DNA of 64,000 nt, taken from positions 18,786,001-18,850,000 of the forward strand of contig JAQFVV010000006.1 of NCBI GenBank assembly GCA_028023455.1, written 5' to 3'. Under the pieces are notes generated by a model. It made no database searches. It was not told the origin of the DNA and saw only the letters and a program-made list of their open reading frames with translations. This DNA comes from Epiperipatus broadwayi (Eukaryota; Animalia; Onychophora). Both the position numbers and the translations under genes were made by a program. This document shows, one piece after another, positions 1 to 12,942 of this stretch (position 1 is its first letter; every line of letters starts with the position of its first letter).

Positions 1-3000
1 ATTTGATCACAAATATTTGTGACAAACTGTCTATGCAGTTAATCTCATTAATACACTCAACATCATCATTTCTAAACCCTAAACCTCATGTCAAATTTCC
101 AATAATGTGCCATCATAATTATTTTCAGAAGATATCTGACTTCAGCTGCTGTTGAACATATGCTTCCATTTCGTTGCTCAAGTGGCTTTCTTGTGTGGCT
201 TCTTAGTTGGTTAATGGGTCTTCAGACTTCATTTCCATCAATCAATTGTATCACTCATAGTTGTTTTGACAATAATTTCAAAATTTTTGTTAGTCACTGT
301 ATTTTCCGTATGTCATGTATCCATTTGTTTGTTCAACATTATATTTTGTATTTTCTAAATAATTTTCCCTTTTTTCAATCTTACTGGGACCAGTATTAAT
401 ATGTGAGTTCTGAATATCTGCCTCATTAGCATTTCAACAAACATCTTTTTAGTTGCTATTCTTGGCATAAGATGTTGATAAAACATGGCAACTCTTAAAG
501 CTTAGTAATATCCTTAAATTGGCTTTTATTATTTAACATTAGTTTTACTTGTTGCACTATCTTCTCAGCTAATCCTTTAATCTCAGGATAATGTGATGGT
601 GTTAAAATATGAATAATCTTTTTACTAGCTAAAAAGTCTTTTAATACTGGTGACACAAAGCCAGCTCCATTGTCTGAAACACTTTTGTGGACACCTGTAA
701 CATGTTCTGTGCAGTCATATTTTTAAATACTCTATATTTCATCATCATTCAATAAGAGTCCATAATTACCAAAAAAATATTTCCATTGAAAGGTCCACCA
801 TTGTCTACATGTATTTTTTGTCATGGCCTGGGCTATATTTCCAATTCCTTAGGAGGTAGCCTAGCAGTGGATTGACAAGCTCTTTCATGCTTGTCTACTT
901 ATTTGGTATTGCAGTTCATACTAGTACACTTATGATCTATCTAGTTTTTTTGTTCTGACATTGCCAGGATGTCCTCCATAAAATACTTCCAGTGCTCACT
1001 TCCTCCCTTCAGTAGGAATTAATACATGGTCTATTATCAGAATGCATCCATTACACGTGGTCTCTCAGAAACTTTTCAGATTGGGTTGAACCACATAGCT
1101 TGGCCTACTTTGAGGGCATAACTTCTTTAATTCATTTTTTAACCAGGATCTTCTTTTGTCCATTTGGATACTACAACTCTCACTTTTCTGGATTCAGGTA
1201 TTTATCTTTGTTGGTAATTGCATGACCCAAAAATGTATTTTTCATAGTGGACCATAGACACTATCACGGTGTTTAGCTGTGTATCAAATCTCTCAAGTCT
1301 TTCACATACTTTGTTTACACATATTTTTTATTCACTTTCCATATCAGTGGTTATCTAAATGTCATCAAGGTAAGGAATGACTCCTTCCATCTCTGTAACA
1401 AACCATCCATTTTAGTATGAAACACATTTAAGGCAATAGTTAATCCATTTGGCAATTTATTACACCTGTGTAATCTCACATAAGTATTAATTGTTCAAGA
1501 GTTTGGCTGTTCTTGTTGTTTTGGAATCTGTTTAAATGCAGACTGTAAATTGATCTTAGCAAAATACAATATTTTTTGTAATGATTTTAAGCCGTCTTGA
1601 ATATTGGATACAGACTATTCATTCAGGATTACTCAGCTATTTGATAATTGCTATGTAAATGAACCCCTAACCACTTTTAATATTATGATGATGAGTATTG
1701 CAATGTAGATTCCTTAATAGGTGTTACAACACCAGTCTTTATTTTTAAGCATTTCTTTATTTGGTTTTTCAAAATGAAGGGGACTTTTCAGTATCTACAA
1801 ACCACAGGCTGAGCAATTGTCATTAATTCTATGTCAAGCAACAGCAGATACTTTTCATGGAATTATAATTTTAGCTATACTATTTTATTATTTTTATTTA
1901 ATCCCTAATGAATTAAACCAATTCCTGCCTTGAATTGGTCTTAAATCTCTTTTCACAATATTATACAAAGGTTGATTTTTCAATCTCCTATTTACTCTCA
2001 CTAGCATTCTTTATATCTATATGGGATTTCCATTTATATCAGTTACTACTAAATCAGATTCAACTAGAGATAAAATCTTTTTACATTTCCTTGCAATATT
2101 TGATCAGTCTCTTTGCAATATAAAAAACACACCTATTATGCTGTCGATCTCCATTCTAACTTTTTGTTCGCAAATACAAACATCCACTACAATGTGATTA
2201 TTTTCAATATTTATCTTTTTGATGTTTCTTTTTTGCAAACTCATTCCCTTGTTTTACAATCCAAAGATAACTTGCCTTTATTCTTTTTCTGCTTATTATC
2301 ACAAACTCATGACAAATATGGTATTGGTCATTTTTAAATGAACACTTCTTTTTTATATGACCTTTACTGCTGCAACAATAATGGCTAAGTACTATCCATA
2401 CTCTTTCAGTATATAATATCTGAGCACTGTTTACAGTTGTTATCATTTTGTTTACATCTGTACAATTTTTAAACTCTATTGCACTAGTCAGCATAGCTTC
2501 ATAAGTTATACATTTTTCAATAGCACCGGTGTAACAGTTCTGCTCAATAACAATTGTCTGAACTTCCCAAAATAAATGGGCAAGAAGCTTGTCATCCACC
2601 TCAGCATTATATTAGCAGTCTTTAGCAAGCATATGTGATCCAAGGTCCTATTCCTGTACCTTTTCATGTGGTGTCTGCCTGCTATTTCTAAACTGCAGAT
2701 GTGCTATGTAGTAGGCTGAAATGTGTATTTAACTTCTTTTTTTAATTCTTCATATAGAACATCTATTGGAAGCACAATTGATTAATTATCTGTAATACTT
2801 TTTTACCTGCCATCCATATCAATATCGCTATATTTAGTTTATTATTAACTATAATGTACTTTTCTACATACACAAGGTAGATTTGCCATTCCGCTGCATT
2901 GTTCACATTAAAGCCAATCATAGATCTATTTTGCAGTGTCATTTTGTTTCCATTTCTTAACTCCTCACTATTATGCTCTTCATTACCAGGTTCTTTCAAG

Positions 3001-3065
3001 AATTTAGACTGTGCCAATCTGCTATATCCAGCAATAATCTTAATGCTACCAATTGAGTACACCAT
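1..3065 (-). mobile_element. Decayed Ty3/Gypsy (Mag/K02A2.6-like) LTR retrotransposon internal region: gag, RT, RNase H, integrase
   Basis: Minus-strand translations in gag-to-pol order. Gag N-terminus FNVNNAAEWQIYL..VEKYIIVNN (ORF 2763-3065). Double zinc knuckle C..KGHIKKKCSFKND..HIC (ORF 2204-2599). RT-like KVPF..K..I....TGVVTPI and FAKINLQSAFKQI (~1400-1800). Integrase-like IHVDNGGPFNGKNIFLVIMDSY and SDNGAGFVSPVLKDFL..N.I.H (~570-830). Many stops and frameshifts; no LTR seen. Confidence 0.85.
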
Positions 3066-3189
3066 CAGTTTTTAAACTAAAATTTTACACTCAATTTAGA
3101 GAATGAAATTTAATAAATCAGAGTTTATTAACTCTATATAAATGAATAAGTATAAATCTACATTTATACAGTTAGCTTGTTCAAAGTTG

Positions 3190-4090
3190 TTCTTAAATTA
3201 AACACTGCTGCATCTTCTCATGGTACATATTCATCATTATCTCCATAGCTTAATTGTACTACTTTGCTCTCATCGCTTTTTCTCAATGCTATATGCATAC
3301 TCATTAACTGCTACCCATCCACTTCCTGTGACCATTTTCAGTACCTTTTTTTATTTGCATCTGCATATATCAGCCATTAGTAGATATTTGCTTAATTAAC
3401 ATATATTTGTATACTCTGGATATTTGCATACATTAATATTTTTGATTGGCTAATAACAACGAGCGTGTTAATAATTTTCCCATCTGATTATTTGTTGTTT
3501 ATAGCATATTAATTTTATTTAACATCACTTTATATATACATTTATACACATATTTAGTCAGATATTGTTATTATTAATTCAAAATCTTTATCATCTTTTG
3601 AACTGAAAAAAATAACTTTATCATTGGCATATTATAATTCAGAATTCAAGAAGATAGAAATTCTTGTTTTTCTCTTAATGGATTTAAATTAAAAATTCCA
3701 CTATTAAACCTGTATCACATCTTGGTTCTTATTTCATTAAACTGCCTGTAAAGAGTTTTAAGTTGCTATAATAATTGAAAACAAAGTTGGATCAAGTGCA
3801 CACTATTGTTTGACGTCACTTTTCATTTCAAATGTGTAAGATTTTCCACCTCCAGTAATATTTCTTCTCATTCTAAGGCAAATGTAAAGATGCTAATAAG
3901 GTCAGTAATTAATCATGTATCTTAATACTGAAGAATCAAGGGCTTCATGATGAAACCATGAGCACATCTTCCTGCTAGGCTAATGGCTGATTGATCTTTG
4001 AAAATGTTTTAGGTGGCAAAAAGAATTAAATTTCTAGATAATCAGTCTAAAGCCAATCTAGCTCTCCATCCAATATTATATAAATGGATA
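3190..4090 (-). mobile_element. Possible decayed hAT (DUF659-like) transposase remnant
   Basis: Weak motifs only: GRCAHGF (cf. CAAH) near 3950-3980, and a KVLKMVTGSG segment resembling the hAT dimerisation region near 3300-3350. Confidence 0.25.
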
Positions 4091-4096
4091 TCTTGC

Positions 4097-4200
4097 TATT
4101 ATTATGTAGTCCATTAAATAGTAATCTGTGTTTGATGTGTATTAATGATATTATTATGTAGTCCATTAAATAGTAATCTGTGTTTGATGTGTATTAATGA
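4097..4200. repeat. Perfect 52-bp tandem duplication
   Basis: TATTATTATGTAGTCC...GTGTATTAATGA occurs at 4097-4148 and again at 4149-4200. Confidence 0.95.
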
Positions 4201-4387
4201 GTTCATTGTAACAAAAAAATCAGTGTATTTATAATACTAAGCTTGTGTTTTATACACAATTAATGAAGCTATACATAACAATTGATAAGCACTTTCAGGA
4301 ATTCTATGTTCCCATATTCATAGCTCTTTTTACTAGTAGTTAGTGAATGCCACAGTAATGTATGCAAATTTATTTGATAATGTTTAA

Positions 4388-4700
4388 ATGGCCCACTTTT
4401 TAGAGATAGTAAAGCAGGCGTCTCTTCAGTTGATCGCTTTGGGATCATCTGTGATAAAACAAGCCTCCTTCACTTTGCGTTTTGTGTCATTGTGTTCTGT
4501 GCACATTATCTCAGCTGAAACTGGTTGGAAGATGTGGCCAGCAACCGTTTCGTGCTCTACACCCGTTCTGGGGTATATGTATTGATGTTGCATTACTCTA
4601 GTTGCTTTAGTTTTACCATAGTACATTATTTGACACCCTCGTTGGGGTAAGTCACATTATACATGATGTGGAGGATTGGTCTAATTATGTCCTTCGCACT
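4388..4700 (+). mobile_element. Possible decayed hAT transposase remnant in a GC-richer island
   Basis: One frame reads IICDKTS...FCAHYLS*NWLEDVA (cf. VVTDNAS...CAAHxLxLxLEDI). Another gives PRWGKSHY (cf. TRWxSxY). Confidence 0.3.
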
Positions 4701-6379
4701 GTTTTTAAGTGGAGAAGGAATCATATTCCTATGTTTAATGAACTTACAGTATTTTAAACAGTGAAAAATATATGGCTTAAATGCAAATGTTGATCTTTTC
4801 ATGAAGCTTGGGCATTATTTTGCTAGTGGTCAGTACAAATTCTGTTCACTCATATCTAGTCTAGATGTAATCATAAGATGTTTAGCAAAAGATTTCCCAT
4901 TCAAATTTTTTACTGGGTTAGCTGCTGCTAAAAAATTTACAGAATAGTCTGTATAAATGATTATCATATATAAACCCTGTTGGGTAGCAAATATTCAATT
5001 ATTTCATCACAAGTAATGAAGCAAACTATATTCTTTAGCGTAATTATATTTTTTTAACATAAATATTCTAACATTGTTATTATTACTTTTCAATATTCTG
5101 ATCATTATTGAATATATTTCTTCAAAAAAATTTCATACTTTTTGAAAAAAAAAAATATCTTTCTTATTTTAATTTTATTTTAGTAATATTTATAAAACAC
5201 AACTAATTTTTTATTATACACATTCTTTCAATGAGATTTCTATTATTGATTATATTCCTTTAACAAATTTTCACATTTCTTTAAAAAAATGAATATTTTT
5301 CTTTTTGAATTTTATTCATATTATTGATCTAAATATAATTAATTTTTTAGTACAATATTTTTCCAATGAGGTTTCTATTCTTCTTTATTCAAATTCAATA
5401 CATTTTCTTAATTCTTTGTTTCATTGTGTCTCTTATTTTAATATTTATGGTTTGGAACTTCTTCTGCTGTTTTGTAAATCCCTTACTACTATGAAAACTT
5501 TATTACACTGTCTTATTCATCTGTACTTGAATCACAACTTAATTTTCTCCTCATTTATAATTAGAAATCTTTGGAATAAAAAAAGTCTTATATTATTTGT
5601 TAAAAAAATAGACTTTTAGGATTCTCTTGGATTTCATTAACTGCAAATTTTCTACTCTCAACCAAATTGAAAACTTATATTTTTAAGTAACTCTTTTTTA
5701 TATGCAAATGAATGAATAATGAATAACTTGAAAAGGATTATGAACCTTGACTCTCTTTAATTATTTTTTCATATATTTAAAAGTGGAAATATCTATTTCA
5801 TGTTTATTTCAAGTGGTTAGCAAGGAGGAAGGACAAGTTGAATGTTATGCATTAACACTAAAAGATAGTATAGCCAGCTAGATGCTACAAAGTAAGGTTT
5901 TAAACATACCATTAGGTAAAGATTTGATATTAATAATTTTTTTTAAAATATTAATTAATCTTATTCTTTATTTTATTCTTATTATTCTTTGTTCTTGTCA
6001 TCAACATTGCTATAGCTGTGTATCAAAGAGAAGTTGTAAGCTATTATGTGATGATTATAAACATCTATTGCAAATGACAGATTTTCTTATAAGGGGCTAG
6101 CATATTTGGGTTCATTCTGGGCATAGTACCCTTCAGTAGGAAGGGTCTTGGAAGCCTCTAATTAACTATATGTCAATTTAATATAAATAATTATCAGTTA
6201 TAGAAAAGCCAATCATGACAAAACTTGTGAAAAAATAATTCAACATAATTAGGGAAAATCATAAGATTCTGCATTATATAGGGTATATGAGCACAGACTT
6301 TCACACGACCCACCACTCTCCACACTATCTCATAACACTGATACACTTAATCACATATATGTCGAAAAGATAAATAATC

Positions 6380-6423
6380 ATCAATATACGTATTTCATGC
6401 TAAACCAGCAATCATCAGTTGGT
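6380..6423 (-). ncRNA. Minimal type I hammerhead ribozyme (copy 1)
   Basis: Minus strand reads ACCAA CUGAUGA UUGCUGGUUUAGCAU GAAA UACGUA UA^UUGAU. Both core boxes are intact, stem II is UGCU/AGCA, stem III is the palindrome UACGUA, and stem I has one mismatch. Confidence 0.6.
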
Positions 6424-6842
6424 CCAGATTATCATCTCTACACATATATGCTATAAGTGCTCAGATATATAGTAAGATAGCCAAGCTTCATACTTTAATG
6501 GACAGACTTCAATCTACTCCTCACTCCAACTCTTCAACCGTCCATCTAATTGAAAATCTGATGATGGAATGCTCAAAGGCCACCCTGAGGCCAAGATTGT
6601 AGTCACACCCATGTTGACCTAAGGTCAATCTGACCCCTCGTAGAGGACATAATCCATTTAATACATATACAAGGGATGGGCAGACATCTCTACTATGTAA
6701 TAACTGAAACACGGGATTATTATACACCTGTGTCTATTATGTAATATATAGGGTATATGAGCACAGACTTTCATACCACTCTCCACTCTATCTCATAACA
6801 CTGATACACTTGAACACATATATGTTGAAAAGATAAATAATC

Positions 6843-6886
6843 ACCAATATATGTATTTCATGCTAAACCAGCAATCATCAGTTGGT
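6843..6886 (-). ncRNA. Minimal type I hammerhead ribozyme (copy 2)
   Basis: Minus strand reads ACCAA CUGAUGA UUGCUGGUUUAGCAU GAAA UACAUA UA^UUGGU. Stem I is a perfect 5 bp (ACCAA/UUGGU) and the cleavage triplet is AUA. Confidence 0.65.
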
Positions 6887-9109
6887 CCAGATTACTATCT
6901 CTACACATATATACTATAAGTGTTCAGATATATATTTAGATAGCCAAACCTCATACTTTAATGGACATGCTTCAATCTACTCCAACTCTTCAACCGTCCA
7001 TCCAATTGAAAATCTGATGATGGAATACTCAAAGGCCATGTAAGAGCTCTAGAATAATATATATTTGAAATAAAAAGAATATTTAAACCACAGTTCTAAA
7101 CTGTTTGAAAACCTGCTGAATTCGGGACTGTTCTTGTAGAATCTTAGGTAATCTTATTAAAGTCATTTTAAATTTATAGAATTCTGGAACTTATTTTAAA
7201 ATGAACTTTTTTTTTTTTCTTAACACTTCATTTGAAATAGCAATTATTATCTATAGATTAGATTTAATTCTTTTAAGTTTACTTAATGAAATCTTATATC
7301 ATAATCATTTTAGTTTTAAGATTTAAGTGAGTGACTTGTGTGGAATAAATTTTTATTCACTTTAAATTATTTAACGAAATCGTTATCTCCCAGAAATCAC
7401 TCAGTGCAATTATTATTATTACTTAATTAGGATATATGTTAAAATGTATTAGATAAAGAAGATTTAGGAATTATTTATTGCAACTGAAATATCAACAAAT
7501 TTAATAGATATTTTGGCAGAATCAAATATTGCAGGGGAGAAAGCTTAAAAATTGTTTGATAACCTATTAAAGTGGATGTTTGGTGAATTTAATTAAAATA
7601 GACTTAAATTTATTAATTAAAAAGATTTTAAATGGAATTTTATTTCTAGTGTGATACACATATTACTTATATGTTTATGTAGCCTGTAAATATTGAATTA
7701 GATGAAATTTGTAATATTTAAAATGTATGTGTCTCATTCATATATATATTATTGAAGTATACATAAAATATTTATCATGTGCCCATTGTTATATTTAAAG
7801 TAGAATTTTAGTATCGTTATTAATTAATTTATGCTTTATTTGTTATATATATTTTGATGTATTTTCTAAAGTTTAATGACATATGTGTTTAGTTATTTAT
7901 TTACATGATGATGATTTGTCAGTGATTTTCTTGAATATGGATTGGAATAACGATAATAGACATTAAAACCTTATAGGTGATTATTATAAGATTACATGAT
8001 TAGAATCATGATAATACTGAATTCTGAAACAATATTTATGCGCACATACCTGACATAATTTTAATATCTATAACCAATAGATTTGTATAAGTAAAGTTAA
8101 ATATATTATTGGAAGATTATGAATATGTTCTATGATGGTATATGGAAAGCAGTGTAGAACATTACGTCCATTGAATGCATCAAGATAAGATTTATTGTCC
8201 ATTAATATATATTATATTGTCTCATTATAGATTTCAAGAATTTTCAAATAATAAAAGATTAGTTGTAAAATATAATCACAATAATATTCAAGTTGAATAT
8301 TATAAATATACGAATAATGAGTTGTAATAAAGATTTATTATTGATTTATTTTAGCCTAGACTGTACTTATTACCTATTGTTAGATCAGTGGTATACTTTA
8401 TACAATGGTCAACAAATGATCCAAACCAGTCTTGAGGTTCTCCCAGATCTAGGGGACATATATAAAAATAATAGCAATGATTTGAGGACTCTGTAGGTTT
8501 TGTGATTAGATATCTTCAGCACTAAACTTAAATTTCTTATATGTATCAGTGTACTAAACATTGGTTGGAGGTTACGAATTAAAGCAAAGATAAGAAATTT
8601 TAGATTATAAATCTAATGGCACTTCTGGTGATTGATACTATCCATATCTGTGAATTATTAGCTGACCATTGTAATCTATATGAGAAGATTCTTGTTGTAG
8701 TTGTTGGAGCATGTAGATCCGTAAATATAACCTGAAGTTTAAATCAAGACTGAACACAATTGGACATTTTTCCATTTTAAAAAGACATGGATTTTTTTTT
8801 TTTTTTCAGATCACTAGCCCATAACCATGTGAACTAACCTTACAATATTTATCCCTCAATGGATGTTTATCTATTTTTGAAAGAGGGTAAAACAAGCTAA
8901 AAAAAACCCCTTTAAAACTTTCACAATTTAAAAGAGTAATGGTGTAATTTTCTTATTACTGTTTCTCTGTTTAGGAATGATTATTAGAAACCTTTGCTCT
9001 GAAATAGGCTATTTAAGCAATGTTTTATTTTTTACTATATACATATATGCAAACATAATTATCAGATTTGCTTATATTATTTTGCATGAATATATCCCTC
9101 TCTAATTCT

Positions 9110-9370
9110 ATAGATGATAATTTAATATTCTTCGAATCTATTCTTTACTTTCACATCTTGTTTTTAATTATATCTTCTAATCATCCAAGCAAAAGCTTGT
9201 TAGTAGATTTTCTGGTAACTTATAACCATATCATAATTTCTAATTTTGCTAATGCATCACTTAACCAACTGTTTGAATGATGTATAACTTGTAGACACAC
9301 TTAATACATCTTTGTTTTAATTTTATTATTATCTTTCAATGCTTCTTAAATCTCATCATTAAACATATTG
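9110..9370 (-). mobile_element. Highly decayed LINE (RTE-like) 3' end
   Basis: Minus strand resembles the RTE C-terminus (...LLLGWLEDI-like) and ends near a short repeat tail. Heavily mutated. Confidence 0.3.
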
Positions 9371-10639
9371 GCATTTTTCATGTAAATACATTTTATATCT
9401 CATTCCTATATTCCAAACTACATGCATTATATATATATATATAGTATTTTTTTCCTAATATATTTACTAATTGATTCTACTGTCATAGGATTTGTTCATA
9501 ACTAACTAATTGACCATCTGTGTTGAGGGGTAAATGGTATTTAGCAATTAATATTTAGATAGTGATTGTACCAGGTTTGAAGAGATGAGTGTGTGGAGCA
9601 CTGACTCTAAAAACGAACTATATGATCGTTATATTATAGACATCACTACTGGTGAGAGGGAATATTTATGGTTAAATCAATGTCTTATAGGTCATTCTAA
9701 GATATTTTCGTAAAAGAGTCGTAATACTGTTGAAGTATGCAACAGACTATTTAATAGTTTTATTTTTTAAAAATTAAGTAACGAGAGGGGGGAGTAATAT
9801 ATATGTTCTTTTTTTTATAATGTAGATTAATGATGTCTATCACATTTAGTCGCCATTTTGGTTTTCTTTCATCCATTCATGAGAATAAAACATTTTGCAT
9901 TAATTCTAAAATCAAGAGAGAGAAAAAGAAGTTTGATCATTTTTCTAGGTTTTTTTTTTTAATTCTTTAACTTTTTAATTGAATTATCAATATATATATC
10001 TTATAAGATTAATGCGCACTTCTTGCACAACTTAAAATCACTTTTACAATCTTAAGTTTATCGCATCCTCCAGAAGTTCAATTACAAAAGCAAAAAAAAA
10101 TTGTAGATAAAAATTACATCCTTATAATAAATATTTCTACTGTCCTGCCATCTTTTGAAAAAATGTGGAAATGTTTTTCCTCTCTTATTGAATATTTACA
10201 TTTTTCAAATTAATTATATTTTGTCTTAAAGACGGAGTGTGTGTGAGTGGGGTGAAGTGAACTTAATGTTTTATTTCGTTTTAATTTCCATATTAATTGT
10301 ATTAAGACAAACCTAAAATATAAAACAGTTCGAATACTTATTATGATAATTCACAAATTAGATTTGTCAAAGAATCATTTGAAATGAATGGGTCCTATTA
10401 TTAATCTATTGTTCCTTTACTGTTCATTAGGCACCAACTGAATTTTTTTTGAGAGCAGGATATATATATTTCTTTGTATGTATGTGAATATTCATTCTCT
10501 TTTATAGATTTTTACTTACAATAGACAAAAACGAGTTATGGCTCAGGTATGCAGAATACTAAAATAATCAGATAAAACAGCAATAGCAACTGAAGAAAGA
10601 AATGCTAAGAATGACTGATTTACAGACCCAGATTGTCAT

Positions 10640-11915
10640 TCAACGATGACTTTCAACAACTGTAGGTCATTTTCGGTTGAGAAAGATTACATGAACTGGA
10701 AGAAAACTGCCTAATATTAAATGGCATGTTGTTGGCCTTTGTGATAACTTAGAAGGAAAAAAGAAGAAACAACTGCTTTAAAATGAAGACATGTAATTTA
10801 CTATTCAGTAAATTAAACTGTAAATAACATTTGGAAGAGTAACAATATGGAGATCAATATGATATCAGATAGAATGGTAAAATTAAATATTTATCTTAAT
10901 GAAATATGTTAAATGCAGATCATTTAACTTTACAACTTTTAATTCTGATGTGGATGTTTATTTTGATGTACAGAATGCATTGGAGCAAACAAAGTGATAT
11001 TTCTAAGTTGTATTGGAAAAATTTTATGTTAGAATTGGATTAAAGTTGCTATAAATTTGAATATAAAAAATGAGAGAAAGTATATTAGCAAAAACAAAGC
11101 TACATTTTTTTTATTTTTTTGAGAAACTTTTAAGTAGAAGGTGGATATGAAAACATTTAAATGAAAGCACAGTAAAGGTGGATACTGGTTAAATTAAAGA
11201 CATAATTAAGGAACAGTTTTCTAGGTGCAATGCTGTGAAGCACATTGAAATTAAATGAACTCTAGAATTTTAAATATTCTGCAAAGAGTTTAAGTTTCTG
11301 GAAAATGATAATGTTGACCACTAAGTGGTTTGATTTATCAAAAATTTTTGCTATATTTTTCAGAAAATATATGTAGGCTTTAATAACTCGATAGTTATAA
11401 GTTATAAAGCTAAGTTTACTCCAGAGAAAAATAATAACGAAATGTAAATATATATCTAAGTTTTAAAAGTGATAAAAAAGATTGCTAAAAAGTTTTAAAA
11501 GAAATGGAAAATAGATCGGGTAAAAAAAAATAAAAAAACTTTATTTTAGATAAATTTTAGTTTAAGTTTAATAGCAATAAGGACAGGTGGTTGACAATTA
11601 AATTAAATTTAAATAGACAAAGATCATAGGTTAAAAGCATTCTACAAAAGATTGCAGAAAGATAAACCAAGTTGTTAATTACAAGGCTGGATATTACTAA
11701 TGTTTAAGTGACAGAGAAAACTATGCATTGTTTAAAATCAAACATTAAACTAATTTTAGAAGCAAAGAAATGGATAAAATATTTAAAGGTAATTGCTAAG
11801 GAATGTGAATGATGTAATTAAAAGCTGGATCCTAATTGTCATTGTAAAGATATATTAACCAAATGGAAGTCCATTGGAATGTTAGGAATTTATTAATGAT
11901 ATCAAGCAAGGGAAA
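10640..11915 (+). mobile_element. Decayed RTE-clade LINE, 5' half (APE endonuclease, linker, start of RT)
   Basis: Frameshifted MTFNNCRS..E/ERLHELEE../NIKWHVVGLC is the APE N-terminus. Later segments resemble the IGDFN region and ELLKAG..IVTVL...LEW...IKQG at the RT start. Confidence 0.7.
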
Positions 11916-12942
11916 AAAAAAAGGAGTATAAATATTACACACTAAAAGGAAAAAGTCATCATCAGCTTTTCTTTATTCATTGTAAGGTGGTGTTGTTGCT
12001 GGGTCGTAGATGTCATAAGAACCTTGAGAAAAGATGAGGGAAAAGTGCCCTGATTTTTCTGCAATGTGTGCCTCTGAAGTTTAAAGATAGCTGGTTAGGG
12101 CAAATGTTAGTAGACCGCACTGGTCTTTTATTATTTATGTATACCTGAGAAGGCCCAAATAGGATTGTGTTTTTGTAAAATAACCATGAGTATAAACTTT
12201 AATATTCACGTAATGTTAGGCACTAGTATGATGGCAGCATTAGTTTACTTAGTGGCGGTGAAGGTAGAACTTTAAATCAAGGACTATTTTGTTATATGTG
12301 TAAAGTAAATATGATTGCTACTCAGTTCAACCTTAATTTATGTGTAAATAAATATATTGAATCGTTCTTAATAATGTTTGGGGAATTGTGGGTAGTCAGC
12401 TTCATAACCGAGTACACCATATTTTCTAATATTCTTATGTTATGCATTAACCAAAGAACTGTATTAAGCCTATTTCAATAGGAATATTTTAGGATGACAG
12501 ATATTACAAAATATCTTTTACTTTCTTACAATTAAGATAGAGCTTGAATCCATTTGTTCAAGCCTTATAGTCTAAAGGCAGATTGAGAATCATAAGTACT
12601 AAAAGATCCCACATAAATGTCACTTGTACTTACATTGAATATGATTTTCAAATACCATGATAATTTGCATTAAAAAAATTTTCCGCAAGTTATTTTATGT
12701 AAGTGATATAAGGCATGCTTTAATTTTCCTTTTAATTTTAAAACCATGATTCTAATAAGTTAGTATTTTACTTTGTTGATTTCTAAGTAAGGTAGAAGGA
12801 AGCACTGGAAAATTAAAAATTATTTTCTACCCAGTTATCAATTGCTAGATTGGCTTGGATAAGTGGGGAAACCAGTTGAAACTTACAGTTCATTAAAAAA
12901 TATTTATAGCAGTTTTAAGAGTGATAATATTTTATTTTAAAA

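Larger units (their letters stand above)
6275..7038. repeat. ~470-bp unit tandem repeat (1.6 units), PLE pLTR or retrozyme-like
   Basis: The unit starts TATATAGGGTATATGAGCACAGAC at 6275 and 6745. The second copy ends at ...CAAAGGCCA 7038. Copies are highly similar with small indels. Confidence 0.95.

Noticed and set aside
3928-3970. CTGAAGA-ATCA..TGAT-GAAA hammerhead-like spacing
   Set aside because: No NUH triplet with a paired stem III or stem I follows.
6557-6734. Plus-strand CTGATGA plus GAAAC-stem-GTC, suggesting an ambisense second ribozyme in the repeat
   Set aside because: The boxes are ~150 nt apart and neither stem I nor stem II pairs.
7400-8430. Possible decayed Penelope RT next to the hammerhead repeat
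   Set aside because: Only vague DD and YxGQ-like hints, and on the opposite strand to the ribozymes; not supportable.
10525-10546. 22-nt AG...GT micro-exon (TKTSYGS-G) in phase with the first Myo18 exon
   Set aside because: No recognisable myosin-XVIII similarity, and it lies at the 5' edge of an RTE element; likely chance.
12145-12175. CCTGAGAAGGCCCAAATAGG, resembling a hammerhead 5' half
   Set aside because: No GAAA box or pairing partner.
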